DNA of 64,000 bases from Actinomycetes bacterium (GCA_023428465.1 JAEYXM010000092.1:1911-65910), one strand, 5' to 3'; shown: positions 40,827-54,452, counted from the stretch's first letter. Numbers and translations: made by a program. The notes: generated from the sequence alone by a model not told the origin.

Positions 40827-41635
40827 ATGTCGGTCCTCGAGGACATCGTCGCGGGAGTGCGGCAGGACCTCGCCGAGCGTGAGGCTGCCGTCCCGCTGGC
40901 TGCTCTCAAGGAGCGCGCGGCACGGGTCCCCGGCGCCAAGGAGTGCGTCGGTCGCCTGCACGACGAGTCGGCGGTCGCCGTCATCGCTGAGGTGAAGCGC
41001 TCGAGCCCGAGCAAGGGCTCCCTCGCACCCATCGAGGACCCTGCGGGCCTCGCCGGGGAGTACGAGGCGGGCGGCGCCGCAGCGATCTCCGTGCTCACCG
41101 AGCGCCGCCGGTTCGGTGGGAGCCTCGCGGACCTCGACGCCGTGCGCGCCGCCGTGGACGTCCCGGTGCTGCGCAAGGACTTCATCGTGACGCCCTATCA
41201 GGTGTGGGAGGCGCGGGCGCACGGCGCGGACCTGGTGCTTCTCATCGTCGCCGCCCTCGAGCAGACCGTCCTGGAGTCGCTGGTGGAGCGCGTGCACTCC
41301 CTGGGCATGACGGCCCTGGTCGAGGTGCACGATGCGGACGAGGTGTCCCGCGCCCTCGATGCCGGCGCGCGCTGCGTCGGTGTCAACGCGCGCAACCTCA
41401 AGACGCTCGACGTGGACCGTACGACGTTCGCCCGTCTGGCGCCGCTCATCCCGAACGGCGTGGTCCGGATCGCCGAGTCCGGCGTCCGCGGCCCGCACGA
41501 CGTGATGGACTACGCCCGCTCCGGCGCGGATGCCGTGCTCGTGGGCGAGAGCCTGGTGACCGGCGGCAACCCGCGCCAGGCCGTCGCGGACCTCGTCGCC
41601 GCGGGCGCGCACCCGTCGCTGCGGGCGGTGCGTCA

Positions 41636-41639
<4 letters not shown>
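40827..41639 (+). CDS. trpC: Indole-3-glycerol phosphate synthase
   Basis: [44 protein letters not shown]. Confidence 0.97.
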
Positions 41640-42894
<1,255 letters not shown>

Positions 42895-42898
<4 letters not shown>

Positions 42899-43710
42899 CC
42901 GCGACGGTCGCGAGCCGCACCGCGGCGCGCCTCGACGAGGTCCGCGCCGAGGGTCGCAGCGCTCTGATCGGGTACCTGCCGGTCGGCTTCCCCGACGTCC
43001 CGGGGTCCGTCGATGCCGTCCGCGCGATGATCGACGCCGGGGTCGACGTCGTCGAGCTGGGCGTGCCCTACTCCGATCCCGTGATGGACGGTCCGGTCAT
43101 CCAGCGTTCGGTCGAGCAGGCGCTGGCCGGGGGCGTGCGCGTCGCGGACACGCTGCGCACGGTCGAGGCCGTCGCGGCGACCGGCGTGCCCATCCTTCTC
43201 ATGACCTACTGGAATCCCGTGGTGCGGTACGGCGTCGACGCGTTCGCCCGGGACCTGGCGTCCGCCGGCGGCGCCGGCATCATCACCCCGGACCTCATCC
43301 CGGACGAGGCGGGGGAGTGGATCGCCGCGTCCGACGCGACCGGCCTGGACCGCATCTTCCTGGTGGCTCCGAGCTCGACCACGGAGCGCCTGGCCATGGC
43401 CGCGCGCGCGTCCCGCGGGTTCGTCTACGCCGCGTCGACGATGGGTGTCACCGGGAAGCGGGCGACCGTCGGCGTCCACGCCGCGCGCCTGGTCGCCGAC
43501 GCGCGGCGTGCGGGTGCCGAGCGGGTGTGCGTCGGCCTGGGCGTGAGCACGGCGGCCCAGGCGGCCGAGGTCGCCTCCTTCGCCGACGGCGTCATCGTGG
43601 GCACCGCCTTCGTCGCGCCGCTGCTCGAGGCCGAGTCCCGCGCGGCCGGCCTCGCAGGTCTCACGTCGGTCGTCTCCGCGCTCGCCCGTGGCGTGCGGGG
43701 CCAGGTATGA
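42895..43710 (+). CDS. trpA: Tryptophan synthase alpha subunit
   Basis: [37 protein letters not shown]. Confidence 0.97.
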
Positions 43711-44768
43711 CCAGCCTGCTCACGCTTCCGCTCGAGATCCCGAGCCCGCCACAGGACCTGCAGGTCCTCGTCGAGCTCGGCGTCTTCAAGATCCGCGCCT
43801 ACTCGATGGCGATCATGCTCGGCATCGTCGCCGCGGTCTGGATCACGGCGCGGCGATGGGCCGCCCGCGGGGGCAACCCCGACACGGTGCTGGAGATCTC
43901 GTTCTGGGCGGTGCCGTTCGGCATCGCCGGAGGCCGGATCTACCACGTGATCTCGACGCCGGACCCGTACTTCGGGCCGAACGGCGACCTGTCGCAGGTC
44001 TTCCGCGTGTGGGAGGGCGGTCTGGGCATCTGGGGTGCGATCGCCCTGGGCGCGCTGGGCGCATGGATCGGCGCCCGGCGCGCGCGCGTGCGGCTCGTGA
44101 CCTTCGCGGACGCGGCCGCTCCCGGGATACTCGTGGCGCAGGCGATCGGGCGTCTCGGCAACTGGTTCAACCAGGAGCTCTTCGGCAGCCCGACGACGCT
44201 CCCGTGGGGCCTGCGGATCGACCCCGACTCGCCGACGTTCCCGGGCGACACCCCGCCGGACACGCTCTTCCACCCCACGTTCCTGTACGAGCTGCTGTGG
44301 AACCTCGGTGCCGCGGTGCTGCTCGTGTGGCTGGACCGCCGTCGGCGGTGGGGCCATGGGCGGGTGTTCTGGGCGTACGTCGCGCTCTACACCGCGGGCC
44401 GGCTCTGGATCGAGCTGCTTCGGATCGACCCGGCCGAGACGGTCCTCGGCCTGCGCGTCAACGTGTGGACCTCGATCGTCGTCGGTCTCGGCGCGCTCGT
44501 GGCGTTCGTCATCGTGGGCCGGCGCCACCCCGTCCGGGAGACCAGTCCCGCGCTCCCGACGGCGAACGGAGCCGACGCGGTTGCGGACGACGACGCCGAG
44601 GGCGCGAACGACGCCGACGACGTCGATGAGGCCGAGGCCGCGGCCGACCCGCCGGACGAGGCGTCGGACGACGCTGCCGACGACCGCGAGGACGACACCG
44701 CCGGGGGCGACACGCCGGGGGACTCCGCGGCCGACGGAGCCGACACGTCGACCACGAGCACGTCCTGA
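43707..44768 (+). CDS. lgt: Prolipoprotein diacylglyceryl transferase with acidic tail
   Basis: GGRIYHV, WEGGLGIWG, AQAIGRLGNWFNQELFG, HPTFLYE, R..IELLR.D. Confidence 0.96.
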   Translation: MTSLLTLPLEIPSPPQDLQVLVELGVFKIRAYSMAIMLGIVAAVWITARRWAARGGNPDTVLEISFWAVPFGIAGGRIYHVISTPDPYFGPNGDLSQVFRVWEGGLGIWGAIALGALGAWIGARRARVRLVTFADAAAPGILVAQAIGRLGNWFNQELFGSPTTLPWGLRIDPDSPTFPGDTPPDTLFHPTFLYELLWNLGAAVLLVWLDRRRRWGHGRVFWAYVALYTAGRLWIELLRIDPAETVLGLRVNVWTSIVVGLGALVAFVIVGRRHPVRETSPALPTANGADAVADDDAEGANDADDVDEAEAAADPPDEASDDAADDREDDTAGGDTPGDSAADGADTSTTSTS

Positions 44769-44918
44769 CGGCGAGACGCACGTTCCGCCTGTTCGAACGT
44801 GGACGCTTCTTGGGCTGAGGGCGGGGGAAAAGGTATCGTCGGGCCACTTGGGCCGAGGGCGTCCCAGATCCCCAGATCACGTCATGCCGGCACTGCCGGC
44901 CCAGCGAGGACGGTGCCC

Positions 44919-47900
44919 ATGAGCCGGCCGCAGCACCCCGGACCGCCGGGTTCGGGCCTCTACGACCCCTCGGCGGAGCACGACGCCTGCGGCGTAGCGT
45001 TCGTCGCCACGCTCCGCGGCACGGCGGGCAGGGACATCGTGGACGCGGCGCTCACCGCGCTGGCCAACCTCGACCACCGCGGCGCGGTCGGCGCCGAGGC
45101 GGACAGCGGCGACGGCGCCGGGATCCTCACGCAGGTCCCGGACGCGTTCATCCGCGACGTCGTCGACGCGGACCTGCCCGCGCCCGGCCGCTACGCCATC
45201 GGCATGGTCTTCCTGCCGACGGACACGGACGCGCAGCACGACGCCGTCGTCGGCATCGAGAAGATCGTCGCCGACGAGGGCCTTGACCTGCTGGCCTGGC
45301 GTGACGTCCCCGTCACCCCCGAGATCGTCGGCCCGACGGCCCGCTCGACGATGCCGGTCTTCCGGCAGATCGTCGTCGCGGACCCGAGCCGCACCCTCAG
45401 CGGCATCGACCTGGAGCGGCGCGCGTTCCGCGTGCGCAAGCGCGTCGAGCACGAGGTCGGGGTGTACCTCGCCTCGCTGTCCTGCCGCACGCTGTCCTAC
45501 AAGGGCATGCTCACGACGTCGCAGCTCGAGCCGTTCTTCCCGGACCTGTCCGACCCGCGCTACGCGACCGAGCTGGCGCTCGTGCACTCCCGGTTCTCCA
45601 CGAACACGTTCCCGTCGTGGCCGCTCGCCCAGCCGTTCCGGATGATCGCGCACAACGGTGAGATCAACACGGTCCGCGGCAACCGCAACTGGATGGCGGC
45701 GCGCCAGTCCGTCCTGGCGAGCGACGCCCTCGGCGACCTGGGCGCGCTCATGCCGGTCTGTACCGAGGGGAGCTCGGACTCGGCGAGCTTCGACGAGGTC
45801 CTCGAGCTCCTCCACCTCTCGGGGCGCAGCCTGCCCCACGCGGTGCTCATGATGGTCCCGGAGGCATGGGAGAACCACGAGGACCTCGACCCGGACCTGC
45901 GCGCCTTCTACGCCTACCACGCGTGCCTCATGGAGCCGTGGGACGGCCCGGCGTCGCTCACCTTCACCGACGGCACGCTCATCGGCGCGGTGCTCGACCG
46001 CAACGGCCTGCGTCCCGGCCGGTACTGGATCACGGACGACGGTCTGGTCGTCCTCGCGAGCGAGGCGGGCGTCCTCGACATCGACCCGGCGCGCGTCGTC
46101 CGCAAGGGCCGCCTCGAGCCCGGACGCATGTTCCTGGTGGACACGGGCTCCGGCCGCGTCATCGACGACCAGGAGATCAAGGCCCAGCTCGCCGCCCAGC
46201 GGCCGTACGCGGCCTGGGTCGCCGAGCACTCCGTGCCGCTCACCTCGCTGCCGGAGCGCGAGCACGTCCAGCACACGCCGGCGTCGGTCCGCCGTCGCCA
46301 GCGCGCGTTCGGGTACACGGAGGAGGAGCTCAAGGTCCTCCTGACGCCGATGGCGCAGACCGGGTACGAGCCGCTCGGCGCCATGGGCACCGACACGCCC
46401 GTCGCGGTCCTGTCGTCGCGTCCGCGGCTGCTCTTCGACTACTTCACGCAGATGTTCGCCCAGGTCACGAACCCGCCGCTGGACGCGATCCGCGAGGAAC
46501 TCGTCACGAGCATCGGCGGCGCCATCGGCCCGGAGCCGAACCTGCTCTCCGACGTCCCGGAGCACGCGCGCAAGCTGATCCTGCCGTTCCCGGTCCTCGA
46601 CAACGACCAGCTCGCGGCGATCATCCGCATCGACCGCGACCCGAAGTTCGAGGGCATCTTCCGCACGGAGATGGTGCGCGGGCTGTACCGGGTGGACGGC
46701 GGCCACGAGGCGCTCGAGGCCCGCATGCGGGAGATCTTCGACCAGGTCGACGCCGCGATCGAGGCGGGCGTCAGCTTCGTCGTCCTGTCCGACCGCGAGT
46801 CCGACGGCGAGCTCGCGCCGATCCCGTCGCTCCTGCTGCTCAGCGGCGTGCACCAGCACCTGGTGCGACGCAACACGCGTACCCGGGTCAGCCTGCTCGT
46901 CGAGGCCGGTGACGTCCGCGAGGTGCACCACGTCGCGCTGCACATCGGCTACGGCGCGGCAGCCGTGAACCCGTACCTCGCGATGGAGAGCGTCGAAGGC
47001 CTGGCCCGCGACGGCTCGCTCGGGGACGTCGCACCTGAGAAGGCGGTCGCCAACCTCATCAAGGCGCTCGGCAAGGGCGTCCTGAAGGTCATGAGCAAGA
47101 TGGGCATCTCGACGCTCGCGTCGTATCGCGGTGCCCAGACGTTCGAGGCCGTGGGCCTGTCCAGGGAGCTCGTGGGGCGGTACTTCACCGGGACCACGAG
47201 CCGCCTGGACGGCGTCGGGCTGGACGTCATCGCCGCCGAGACCGCGTCGCGGCACGCCGACGCCTACCCCAAGAGCGGCAACCCGCAGGCACACCGCCGA
47301 CTCAACGTCGGCGGCGAGTACAAGTGGCGCCGCGACGGCGAGGAGCACCTGTTCGACCCGGAGACGGTCTTCCGCCTGCAGCACTCGACCCGCACGCGCC
47401 AGCTCGACGTGTTCCGCCAGTACACGCGCCGCATCGACGACCAGGCGTCGCGCCTGATGACGATGCGCGGGCTCCTGACGTTCGCGGAGGGCGACCGGCC
47501 GCCCGTGCCTCTCGACGAGGTCGAGCCCGTCAGCGAGATCGTCAAGCGGTTCAGCACCGGCGCGATGTCGTACGGCTCGATCTCGGGGGAAGCGCACGAG
47601 ACCCTCGCGATCGCGATGAACCGCCTGGGCGCCCGCTCCAACACGGGCGAGGGCGGCGAGGACCCGGAGCGCCTGTACGACCCGGCCCGCCGCAGCGCGA
47701 TCAAGCAGGTCGCCTCGGGTCGGTTCGGTGTCACGAGTGAGTACCTCGTCAACGCGACGGACCTGCAGATCAAGATGGCGCAGGGCGCCAAGCCGGGCGA
47801 GGGCGGCCAGCTGCCCGGGCCCAAGGTGTACCCGTGGATCGCGCAGACGCGGCACTCCACGCCCGGCGTGGGCCTGATCTCCCCGCCGCCGCACCACGAC

Positions 47901-49475
47901 ATCTACTCGATCGAGGACATCGCCCAGCTCATCCACGACCTGAAGAACGCGAACCCGCAGGCGCGGGTCCACGTGAAGCTGGTCAGCGAGTTCGGCGTGG
48001 GCACGGTCGCGACGGGCGTCTCGAAGGCGCACGCCGACGTCGTGCTCATCTCCGGGCACGACGGCGGCACGGGCGCGAGCCCGCTGACGTCCCTCAAGCA
48101 CGCGGGCACGCCGTGGGAGATCGGCCTGGCCGAGACCCAGCAGACGCTCGTCCTGAACGGCCTGCGCGACCGCATCGTCGTGCAGGTCGACGGCCAGCTC
48201 AAGACCGGCCGGGACGTGGTCATCGCGGCCCTGCTGGGCGCCGAGGAGTTCGGCTTCGCCACCGCGCCCCTCGTCGTCTCGGGCTGCATCATGATGCGCG
48301 TGTGTCACCTGGACACCTGTCCGGTCGGCGTCGCGACGCAGAACCCCGAGCTCCGGGCGCGCTTCAGCGGCAAGCCTGAGTTCGTGGAGACCTTCTTCGA
48401 GTACATCGCCATCGAGGTGCGTGAGTACCTCGCGGCACTCGGCTTCCGGTCCGTCGCGGAGGCCGTCGGGCACGTCGAGGCGCTCGACACGCGCGCGGTC
48501 ATCGACCACTGGAAGGCGTCCGGGCTCGACCTCGGCCCGGTCCTCGCCCGTCCGGAGCCCGCGCCCGGGACGGCCTTGCGCCAGACGACGACGCAGGACC
48601 ACGGCCTGCACAAGGCGCTCGACAACACGCTGATCGAGCGGGCGGCCGAGGCGCTGGAGCACCGCACCCCGGTGCAGATCGCGCTCCCGGTGCGCAACGT
48701 GAACCGGACCGTCGGGACGATGCTCGGCTCCGAGGTGACCCGCCGGTACCGCTCCGAGGGCCTGCCCGACGGCACCATCGACGTGACGCTCACCGGGTCC
48801 GCCGGCCAGTCGCTCGGTGCCTTCCTGCCGCGGGGGATCACCCTGCGGCTGCTCGGTGACGCGAACGACTACGTCGGCAAGGGCCTGTCGGGTGGCCGGA
48901 TCGTGGTCCGCCCCGACCCGGCGTCCGTCCTGTCCGGTGCACGCGACGTCATCGCGGGCAACGTCATCGGCTACGGCGCCACGTCCGGCGAGGTCTACCT
49001 GCGCGGGGTCGTCGGCGAGCGGTTCGGCGTGCGGAACTCGGGCGCGACGCTCGTCGTCGAGGGCGTGGGGGACCACGCCTGCGAGTACATGACAGGCGGC
49101 ACGGTGCTCATCCTCGGCCGGACCGGCCGGAACGTCGCCGCGGGGATGTCGGGCGGTCACGCGTACGTCCTCGACCTGCGACCCGAGGCCGTGAACCAGG
49201 CCGCGCTGCGGGCCGGGGAGATCGCGCTCGTGCCGCTGGACGCGGAGGGGGCGCAGACCGTTGAGCACCTGCTCCGCCGTCACCACGAGGAGACCGGTTC
49301 GCCGCGCGCGGCCGAGCTGCTCGCGGACCTGCCGGCCGCGCTCGAGCGCTTCACGCGTGTCGTGCCCACCGAGTACGAGCGGATGCTCGCCGCGATGTCC
49401 GCCGCCGAGGCCGAGGGCCTCGACCCCGCCGATCCCGGTGTGTGGGACAAGATCCTGGAGGTGTCCCGTGGCTGA
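44919..49475 (+). CDS. gltB: Glutamate synthase large subunit
   Basis: EHDA-CGVAF (N-terminal nucleophile Cys), [35 protein letters not shown] 3Fe-4S motif, GXGXG domain. Confidence 0.98.
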   Translation: MSRPQHPGPPGSGLYDPSAEHDACGVAFVATLRGTAGRDIVDAALTALANLDHRGAVGAEADSGDGAGILTQVPDAFIRDVVDADLPAPGRYAIGMVFLPTDTDAQHDAVVGIEKIVADEGLDLLAWRDVPVTPEIVGPTARSTMPVFRQIVVADPSRTLSGIDLERRAFRVRKRVEHEVGVYLASLSCRTLSYKGMLTTSQLEPFFPDLSDPRYATELALVHSRFSTNTFPSWPLAQPFRMIAHNGEINTVRGNRNWMAARQSVLASDALGDLGALMPVCTEGSSDSASFDEVLELLHLSGRSLPHAVLMMVPEAWENHEDLDPDLRAFYAYHACLMEPWDGPASLTFTDGTLIGAVLDRNGLRPGRYWITDDGLVVLASEAGVLDIDPARVVRKGRLEPGRMFLVDTGSGRVIDDQEIKAQLAAQRPYAAWVAEHSVPLTSLPEREHVQHTPASVRRRQRAFGYTEEELKVLLTPMAQTGYEPLGAMGTDTPVAVLSSRPRLLFDYFTQMFAQVTNPPLDAIREELVTSIGGAIGPEPNLLSDVPEHARKLILPFPVLDNDQLAAIIRIDRDPKFEGIFRTEMVRGLYRVDGGHEALEARMREIFDQVDAAIEAGVSFVVLSDRESDGELAPIPSLLLLSGVHQHLVRRNTRTRVSLLVEAGDVREVHHVALHIGYGAAAVNPYLAMESVEGLARDGSLGDVAPEKAVANLIKALGKGVLKVMSKMGISTLASYRGAQTFEAVGLSRELVGRYFTGTTSRLDGVGLDVIAAETASRHADAYPKSGNPQAHRRLNVGGEYKWRRDGEEHLFDPETVFRLQHSTRTRQLDVFRQYTRRIDDQASRLMTMRGLLTFAEGDRPPVPLDEVEPVSEIVKRFSTGAMSYGSISGEAHETLAIAMNRLGARSNTGEGGEDPERLYDPARRSAIKQVASGRFGVTSEYLVNATDLQIKMAQGAKPGEGGQLPGPKVYPWIAQTRHSTPGVGLISPPPHHDIYSIEDIAQLIHDLKNANPQARVHVKLVSEFGVGTVATGVSKAHADVVLISGHDGGTGASPLTSLKHAGTPWEIGLAETQQTLVLNGLRDRIVVQVDGQLKTGRDVVIAALLGAEEFGFATAPLVVSGCIMMRVCHLDTCPVGVATQNPELRARFSGKPEFVETFFEYIAIEVREYLAALGFRSVAEAVGHVEALDTRAVIDHWKASGLDLGPVLARPEPAPGTALRQTTTQDHGLHKALDNTLIERAAEALEHRTPVQIALPVRNVNRTVGTMLGSEVTRRYRSEGLPDGTIDVTLTGSAGQSLGAFLPRGITLRLLGDANDYVGKGLSGGRIVVRPDPASVLSGARDVIAGNVIGYGATSGEVYLRGVVGERFGVRNSGATLVVEGVGDHACEYMTGGTVLILGRTGRNVAAGMSGGHAYVLDLRPEAVNQAALRAGEIALVPLDAEGAQTVEHLLRRHHEETGSPRAAELLADLPAALERFTRVVPTEYERMLAAMSAAEAEGLDPADPGVWDKILEVSRG

Positions 49476-50931
49476 CCCACGCGGCTTCCTGAAGGTCCGG
49501 GAGCGGGAGGTCCCGCCGACCCGACCCGTTCCCGTGCGTCTCATGGACTACCAGGAGGTGCTCGAGCAGCGGTCCGCCGAGGAGCGCGGCGCCGTCCTGC
49601 ACCGCCAGGCCGGCCGCTGCATGGACTGCGGCATCCCGTTCTGCCACTCGGGCTGCCCTCTCGGCAACCTGATCCCGGAGTGGAACGACCTGGTCTGGAA
49701 GGGCCAGTGGGCCGAGGCGAGCGATCGTCTGCACGCGACGAACAACTTCCCCGAGGTCACGGGCCGCATCTGCCCCGCGCCCTGCGAGTCGTCCTGCGTC
49801 CTGGGCATCAACCAGCCGCCGGTCACGATCAAGCAGGTCGAGATGACGATCGCGGACACCGCTTTCGAGGACGACCTGGTGACCCCGCAGCTGCCGTACT
49901 TCCTCACGGGGCACACGGTCGCCGTCGTCGGCTCGGGGCCCGCCGGCCTCGCGGCGGCCCAGCAGCTGACGCGTGCCGGTCACACGGTGGCGGTCTTCGA
50001 GCGGGACGACCGCATCGGCGGCCTCATGCGCTACGGCGTGCCGGACTTCAAGCTGAGCAAGCACCTCCTCGACCGGCGGGTCAAGCAGATGGAGGCCGAG
50101 GGCACGCGGTTCCGACCGGGTGTCGAGATCGGTGTCGACATCACCTGGAAGGAGTTGCGCGCCCGGTACGACGCCGTCGTGATCGCGACGGGCGCACGCG
50201 TCCCGCGTCGCATCGACGTGCCGGGCTCCGACCTGCCCGGCGTCCACCTGGCCATGGACTTCCTGCGCCAGTCGAACAAGGTCGTGGCGGGCGACGAGGT
50301 GCCGGACCAGATCGTCGCGACGGGCAAGCACGTCGTCGTCCTCGGTGGCGGCGACACCGGCTCGGACTGCATCGGGACCTCGCTGCGCCAGGGAGCGCTG
50401 TCCGTGACGTCGCTGGACATCATGGAGCGGCCCCCGGACGAGCGTCCCGCCAACCAGCCGTGGCCGGTCGACCCGATGGTCTTCAAGGTGTCGACCTCCC
50501 ACCAGGAGGGCGGCACGCGCGAGTACCAGGCGGCCACCGTGAGCTTCATCGGCGAGGACCGCGTGCGCGGCCTGCGGGTGGCCTCGACCGAGCTGACGCC
50601 CGAGGGTCGGCGCGTGCCCGTGGGGGAGACGCGTGACCTACCGGCGGACCTCGTGGTCCTTGCCATGGGCTTCACCGGGCCGGAGACCGACACGCTGCAG
50701 GCGCAGACCGGCGCCGACGTGACGGGTCGAGGGCTCATCGCGCGGGGTGACGACTTCCAGGCGTCGCTCCCGGGCGTGTTCGTCGCGGGGGACGCGGGCC
50801 GCGGCCAGTCCCTCGTGGTCTGGGCGATCGCGGAGGGCCGTGCGGCCGCCGCGGGCGTCGACGCCTACCTTCGGGGCTCGACCGAGCTCCCGGCGCCGGT
50901 GACCCCGGCGACGAGGTCCATGCGGCCCTGA
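49468..50931 (+). CDS. gltD: Glutamate synthase small subunit
   Basis: [59 protein letters not shown]. Confidence 0.97.
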   Translation: MADPRGFLKVREREVPPTRPVPVRLMDYQEVLEQRSAEERGAVLHRQAGRCMDCGIPFCHSGCPLGNLIPEWNDLVWKGQWAEASDRLHATNNFPEVTGRICPAPCESSCVLGINQPPVTIKQVEMTIADTAFEDDLVTPQLPYFLTGHTVAVVGSGPAGLAAAQQLTRAGHTVAVFERDDRIGGLMRYGVPDFKLSKHLLDRRVKQMEAEGTRFRPGVEIGVDITWKELRARYDAVVIATGARVPRRIDVPGSDLPGVHLAMDFLRQSNKVVAGDEVPDQIVATGKHVVVLGGGDTGSDCIGTSLRQGALSVTSLDIMERPPDERPANQPWPVDPMVFKVSTSHQEGGTREYQAATVSFIGEDRVRGLRVASTELTPEGRRVPVGETRDLPADLVVLAMGFTGPETDTLQAQTGADVTGRGLIARGDDFQASLPGVFVAGDAGRGQSLVVWAIAEGRAAAAGVDAYLRGSTELPAPVTPATRSMRP

Positions 50932-51045
50932 CCGGACCGAACTGCGCGCGGGCTGCCGGCGGCCCCCGCGTGACCATGCCCGCCGGCAAACATCCCAGGA
51001 CTTCGGGACCACCCCGTCCCGCCGTCCACGACTTAGGCTGGAGCC

Positions 51046-52467
51046 ATGCGTAGAGCCAAGATTGTGTGCACCACCGGGCCCGCGACCGAGACGCCGGAGC
51101 AGATCCAGGCCCTCGTCGACGCGGGGATGGACGTGGCGCGGATCAACCGTAGCCACGGCGCGCCCGAGGAGCACGAGGCGATCATCCGCCACGTGCGCGC
51201 GGCAGCGAAGGCGTCCGGCCGGGCCGTCGCCGTGCTGGTCGACCTCCAGGGCCCCAAGATCCGCCTCGGCAAGTTCAAGGAGGGGAAGGTCGAGCTCGAA
51301 GAGGGCGACACCTTCGTCATCACCACCGAGGACGTGCCCGGCACCAAGGAGATGGCCTCCACCACCTACAAGGGCCTGCCGGGCGATGCCCGCCCCGGTG
51401 ACCGGATCCTCATCGACGACGGTCGCGTCGGCGTCCGGATCGTCTCCGTCGACGGCCCGCGGGTCACGACGCGGGTCGAGATTGCGGGCCCGGTCTCGAA
51501 CAACAAGGGCCTGAACCTGCCCGGCGTCGCGGTGAGCGTCCCGGCGATGTCGGAGAAGGACATCGAGGACCTGCGCTGGGCGCTGCGTCTCAAGGCGGAC
51601 TTCATCGCGCTGTCGTTCGTCCGCAACGCGGCCGACTACGACGACGTCAAGAAGATCATGGACGAGGAGGGCCGTACGGTCCCCGTCATCGCCAAGATCG
51701 AGAAGCCGCAGGCCGTCGACAACCTGGTCGAGATCATCGACGCGTTCGACGGCATCATGGTCGCCCGCGGTGACCTCGGCGTGGAGCTCCCGCTCGAGCA
51801 GGTGCCGATCGTCCAGAAGCGCGCCATCGAGCTCGCCCGCCGGTCGGCGAAGCCCGTCATCGTGGCGACGCAGGTCCTCGAGTCGATGATCTCCGCCCCG
51901 CGTCCGACGCGCGCCGAGGCCTCGGACTGCGCGAACGCGGTGCTCGACGGCGCCGATGCGGTCATGCTCTCGGGCGAGACCAGCGTGGGCGAGTACCCGA
52001 TCGAGGCCGTCCGCACCATGGCGCGCATCATCGAGAACACCGAGCAGCACGGTCGCGACCGCATCGCGCCGCTCGGCTGGGCGCCCAAGACGCGCGGTGG
52101 CGCCATCACGCACGCGGCCGCCGACGTCGGCGAGACCCTCGGCGTGAAGTACCTGGTCACGTTCACGCAGTCCGGTGACTCGGCGCGGCGCATGTCCCGG
52201 CTGCGTTCGCCGATCCCGCTGCTCGCGTTCACCCCGCTGCCGAACGTGCGCAACACGCTCGCGCTCAGTTGGGGCGTGCAGACCTACGAGGTCCCGATGG
52301 TCGCCCACACGGACGCCATGGTCCTCCAGGTCGAGCTGACGCTCCGGGCCCAGGGCCTCGCGGAGGACGGCGACCTCGTCGTCATCGTGTTCGGTGCGCC
52401 GGTCGGCGTCCCGGGTACGACGAACTCTCTGGTCGTGCACCGGATCGGTGCGGCCGTCCAGGCCTGA
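51046..52467 (+). CDS. pyk: Pyruvate kinase
   Basis: RAKIVCTTGPA, DLQGPKIR, IAKIEKPQA, MVARGDLGVE, ATQVLESM, VMLSGET. Confidence 0.98.
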   Translation: MRRAKIVCTTGPATETPEQIQALVDAGMDVARINRSHGAPEEHEAIIRHVRAAAKASGRAVAVLVDLQGPKIRLGKFKEGKVELEEGDTFVITTEDVPGTKEMASTTYKGLPGDARPGDRILIDDGRVGVRIVSVDGPRVTTRVEIAGPVSNNKGLNLPGVAVSVPAMSEKDIEDLRWALRLKADFIALSFVRNAADYDDVKKIMDEEGRTVPVIAKIEKPQAVDNLVEIIDAFDGIMVARGDLGVELPLEQVPIVQKRAIELARRSAKPVIVATQVLESMISAPRPTRAEASDCANAVLDGADAVMLSGETSVGEYPIEAVRTMARIIENTEQHGRDRIAPLGWAPKTRGGAITHAAADVGETLGVKYLVTFTQSGDSARRMSRLRSPIPLLAFTPLPNVRNTLALSWGVQTYEVPMVAHTDAMVLQVELTLRAQGLAEDGDLVVIVFGAPVGVPGTTNSLVVHRIGAAVQA

Positions 52468-52481
52468 TCCCACGCAGACGT

Positions 52482-52517
52482 ACGAAGGGCCCCCGGCGCT
52501 TGCCGGGGGCCCTTCGT
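52482..52517. terminator. Perfect 16-bp stem hairpin, likely bidirectional terminator
   Basis: acgaagggcccccggc-gctt-gccgggggcccttcgt between pyk and a convergent gene. Confidence 0.85.
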
Positions 52518-52552
52518 CCGTGTCGTAGCGGTCCGTGCGGGGAGGGTGCGCT

Positions 52553-52792
52553 TCAGCGCTCCCGGTGTCCGGTCGCCAGCGGGAGGACGAACGCGAGCCC
52601 GCTCACCCCCAGGCCGGCTGCGAAAACCCAGCCGTTGTCGTTCGCGAACGACGCTCCCATGAGGGCGAAGCCCGCGAAGAGCAAGGCCATGAGCCCGAGC
52701 CACGCGAGGGGACGGGCGACGCCCTCGGGCGCCGGCTGGGTCGCGGTCCGGTCCGCGACGTGGGTCGGGGGCGCCATCAGCTCATCCGGCAT
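52553..52792 (-). CDS. Small two-TM membrane protein
   Basis: Two hydrophobic helices (LAWLGLMALLFAGFALMG; WVFAAGLGVSGLAFVLP). GAGGAG 7 nt before the ATG. Confidence 0.7.
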   Translation of the reverse strand: MPDELMAPPTHVADRTATQPAPEGVARPLAWLGLMALLFAGFALMGASFANDNGWVFAAGLGVSGLAFVLPLATGHRER

Positions 52793-52928
52793 CGAACCGC
52801 TCCTCGCCCTCGCGGTCCGGGTCGTCGGCCTCGGGCCGGACGGTGGGCTGCGGCGGGCCCTGCGGCGCGTCGCCGCCGTCGACGGGCCGGTCGTCGTCGT
52901 CCTGCGGAGTCTGCGTCTGCTCCGTCAC
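52782..52928 (-). CDS. 48-aa acidic small protein ending ERFDAG (not in ORF track)
   Basis: GGAGGAGG RBS, GTG start, MTEQTQTPQDDDDRPVDGGDAPQGPPQPTVRPEADDPDREGEERFDAG*. Nearly all third codon positions are G/C. Confidence 0.7.
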   Translation of the reverse strand: MTEQTQTPQDDDDRPVDGGDAPQGPPQPTVRPEADDPDREGEERFDAG

Positions 52929-53090
52929 GGGGACCTCCTCCAGGCGTGGCCGCGGGCGCGGCCCGGACCTCGATCGTCTCCCCGGGCGTCACGGGGCGCC
53001 ACCGGAGGAGCGGCGGGGCGTCTGCCGGGCGGGCCGTGAACCCGGGTCGCGAACCTCGGCCGCATGCCGCATGCCGCAGGGCGCACGCCG

Positions 53091-54452
53091 TCAGGCCTGT
53101 GCGGCGGCGGGCTCCTCGATCACGGAGATGAGCCCCGTGTACATGCCCATGAAGCACGAGTACCGCAGGACGCCGGGCTCGTCGGGGGTGAAGGTGACGA
53201 CGTTCATCCCGGGCTTGAGGACGACGTCGATCCCGATGTCCGCCGACTGGATCGTCGCCGCGCAGGTCAGGTCCTTCGACTCGATCTCCCAGCGGACCTC
53301 GCGGCCGGCGTACACGACGGCATTGGCAGGCTCGTAGCCGTCGGCCACCTGCGTGGTCCGCAGGACCTGGACGTCGCCCTCGAGCGTCACGTTGTCGCTG
53401 AGCTCGGTCGCGGCCGCGCCCGGCGGCAGGAAGATCGCCGGCGTCAGGACGTGCAGGGCGCCGTTGACGTTGACGAGCGCGAACGCCACGACGGCGACGC
53501 CGGCGAGGCGGAAGAAGCGCTGGGAGGCTGCCCCGCGGACGACGGCCGTGAGCCCGCCCAGGCTGAGCAGCCCGGGGGCGGTCCCGAGCGCGAAGACGGC
53601 CATGATGGTCCCCGCCTGCACGGGCGACCCCGTGGACAGGGCGAGCACCTGGACGGCCTGCGTGAAGCCACAGGGCAGGAAGAACGTCCCCGCGCCGAGG
53701 AGCGCGGTGGACCGGTCCGAGTAGGTGCGCCCGACCTCGTCGAGGCGCAGGGCCGAGGCGAGGCCCGACGGCAGGGCGAGCCCGGCGCCGGCGAGGCGCG
53801 GGGACACGGCGGTCAGGCGCAGCCCCACGATGCCCATCACGACGGAGACCACGATCATGAGGATGGCGACGACGCGCGGGCTGAGCGTGACGGCGGACCC
53901 GAGGGCGCCGGCGGCGGCGCCGAGCACCGCGAACCCGACGAGGCGCCCGATGCCGAAGGCGAGGTGCGGCCGGAGCCTGAGGCGCGCGGTGAGATCCGGG
54001 TGCTGGGCGGCGAAGGTCGCCGACGCCGCGAGCACGAGGCCTCCGACGAGGGCCATGCACGTGGACAGGCCGGCGGCGAGCCCGAGGAGGAGGACGACGA
54101 CGAGCCCCCCGGTGCTCCCGGTCGCGGCAGCGGTGAGGTCGGCCAGGCCGAGCGCGGAGGCGAGGACTGCGAGGACCACGACGCCGACGACGCCGATCGC
54201 CACGTCCCGCCAGACGCGTCGATCCCGGGTCAGCCAGGGCCGGTCCGCCGTTCCGACGTCGTACCCCGCGGCGCGCACCGCCGCAGCGAGGTCACTGCGG
54301 CGCAGAGGCCCGTCGCTGTGGACCACGGCGAGGGCCCGGGAGCTCGATGCGGTCGCCGAGCGCACGCCTTCGACCGCGGCCAGGGAGCGCGACACGCGCC
54401 GCTCGCAGGCGCGGCACGTCATGCCCGTGATGGGCAGCTCGATCGTCGCCAT
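53091..54452 (-). CDS. HMA domain + DsbD_2/TauE-SafE-like membrane domain + cupredoxin-like domain protein
   Basis: N-terminal GMTCRAC, TM cysteines STCMALVGG and FLPCGFTQ, C-terminal FTP...YSCFMGMY. Confidence 0.88.
   Translation of the reverse strand: MATIELPITGMTCRACERRVSRSLAAVEGVRSATASSSRALAVVHSDGPLRRSDLAAAVRAAGYDVGTADRPWLTRDRRVWRDVAIGVVGVVVLAVLASALGLADLTAAATGSTGGLVVVLLLGLAAGLSTCMALVGGLVLAASATFAAQHPDLTARLRLRPHLAFGIGRLVGFAVLGAAAGALGSAVTLSPRVVAILMIVVSVVMGIVGLRLTAVSPRLAGAGLALPSGLASALRLDEVGRTYSDRSTALLGAGTFFLPCGFTQAVQVLALSTGSPVQAGTIMAVFALGTAPGLLSLGGLTAVVRGAASQRFFRLAGVAVVAFALVNVNGALHVLTPAIFLPPGAAATELSDNVTLEGDVQVLRTTQVADGYEPANAVVYAGREVRWEIESKDLTCAATIQSADIGIDVVLKPGMNVVTFTPDEPGVLRYSCFMGMYTGLISVIEEPAAAQA

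Noticed and set aside
44877..49544. Very long antisense ORFs (also 23454-27800, 55839-59849, 2414-6313, 6085-8463 and others)
   Set aside because: These are shadow frames of real genes in high-GC DNA. They carry no recognisable motifs and mirror well-identified CDSs on the other strand.
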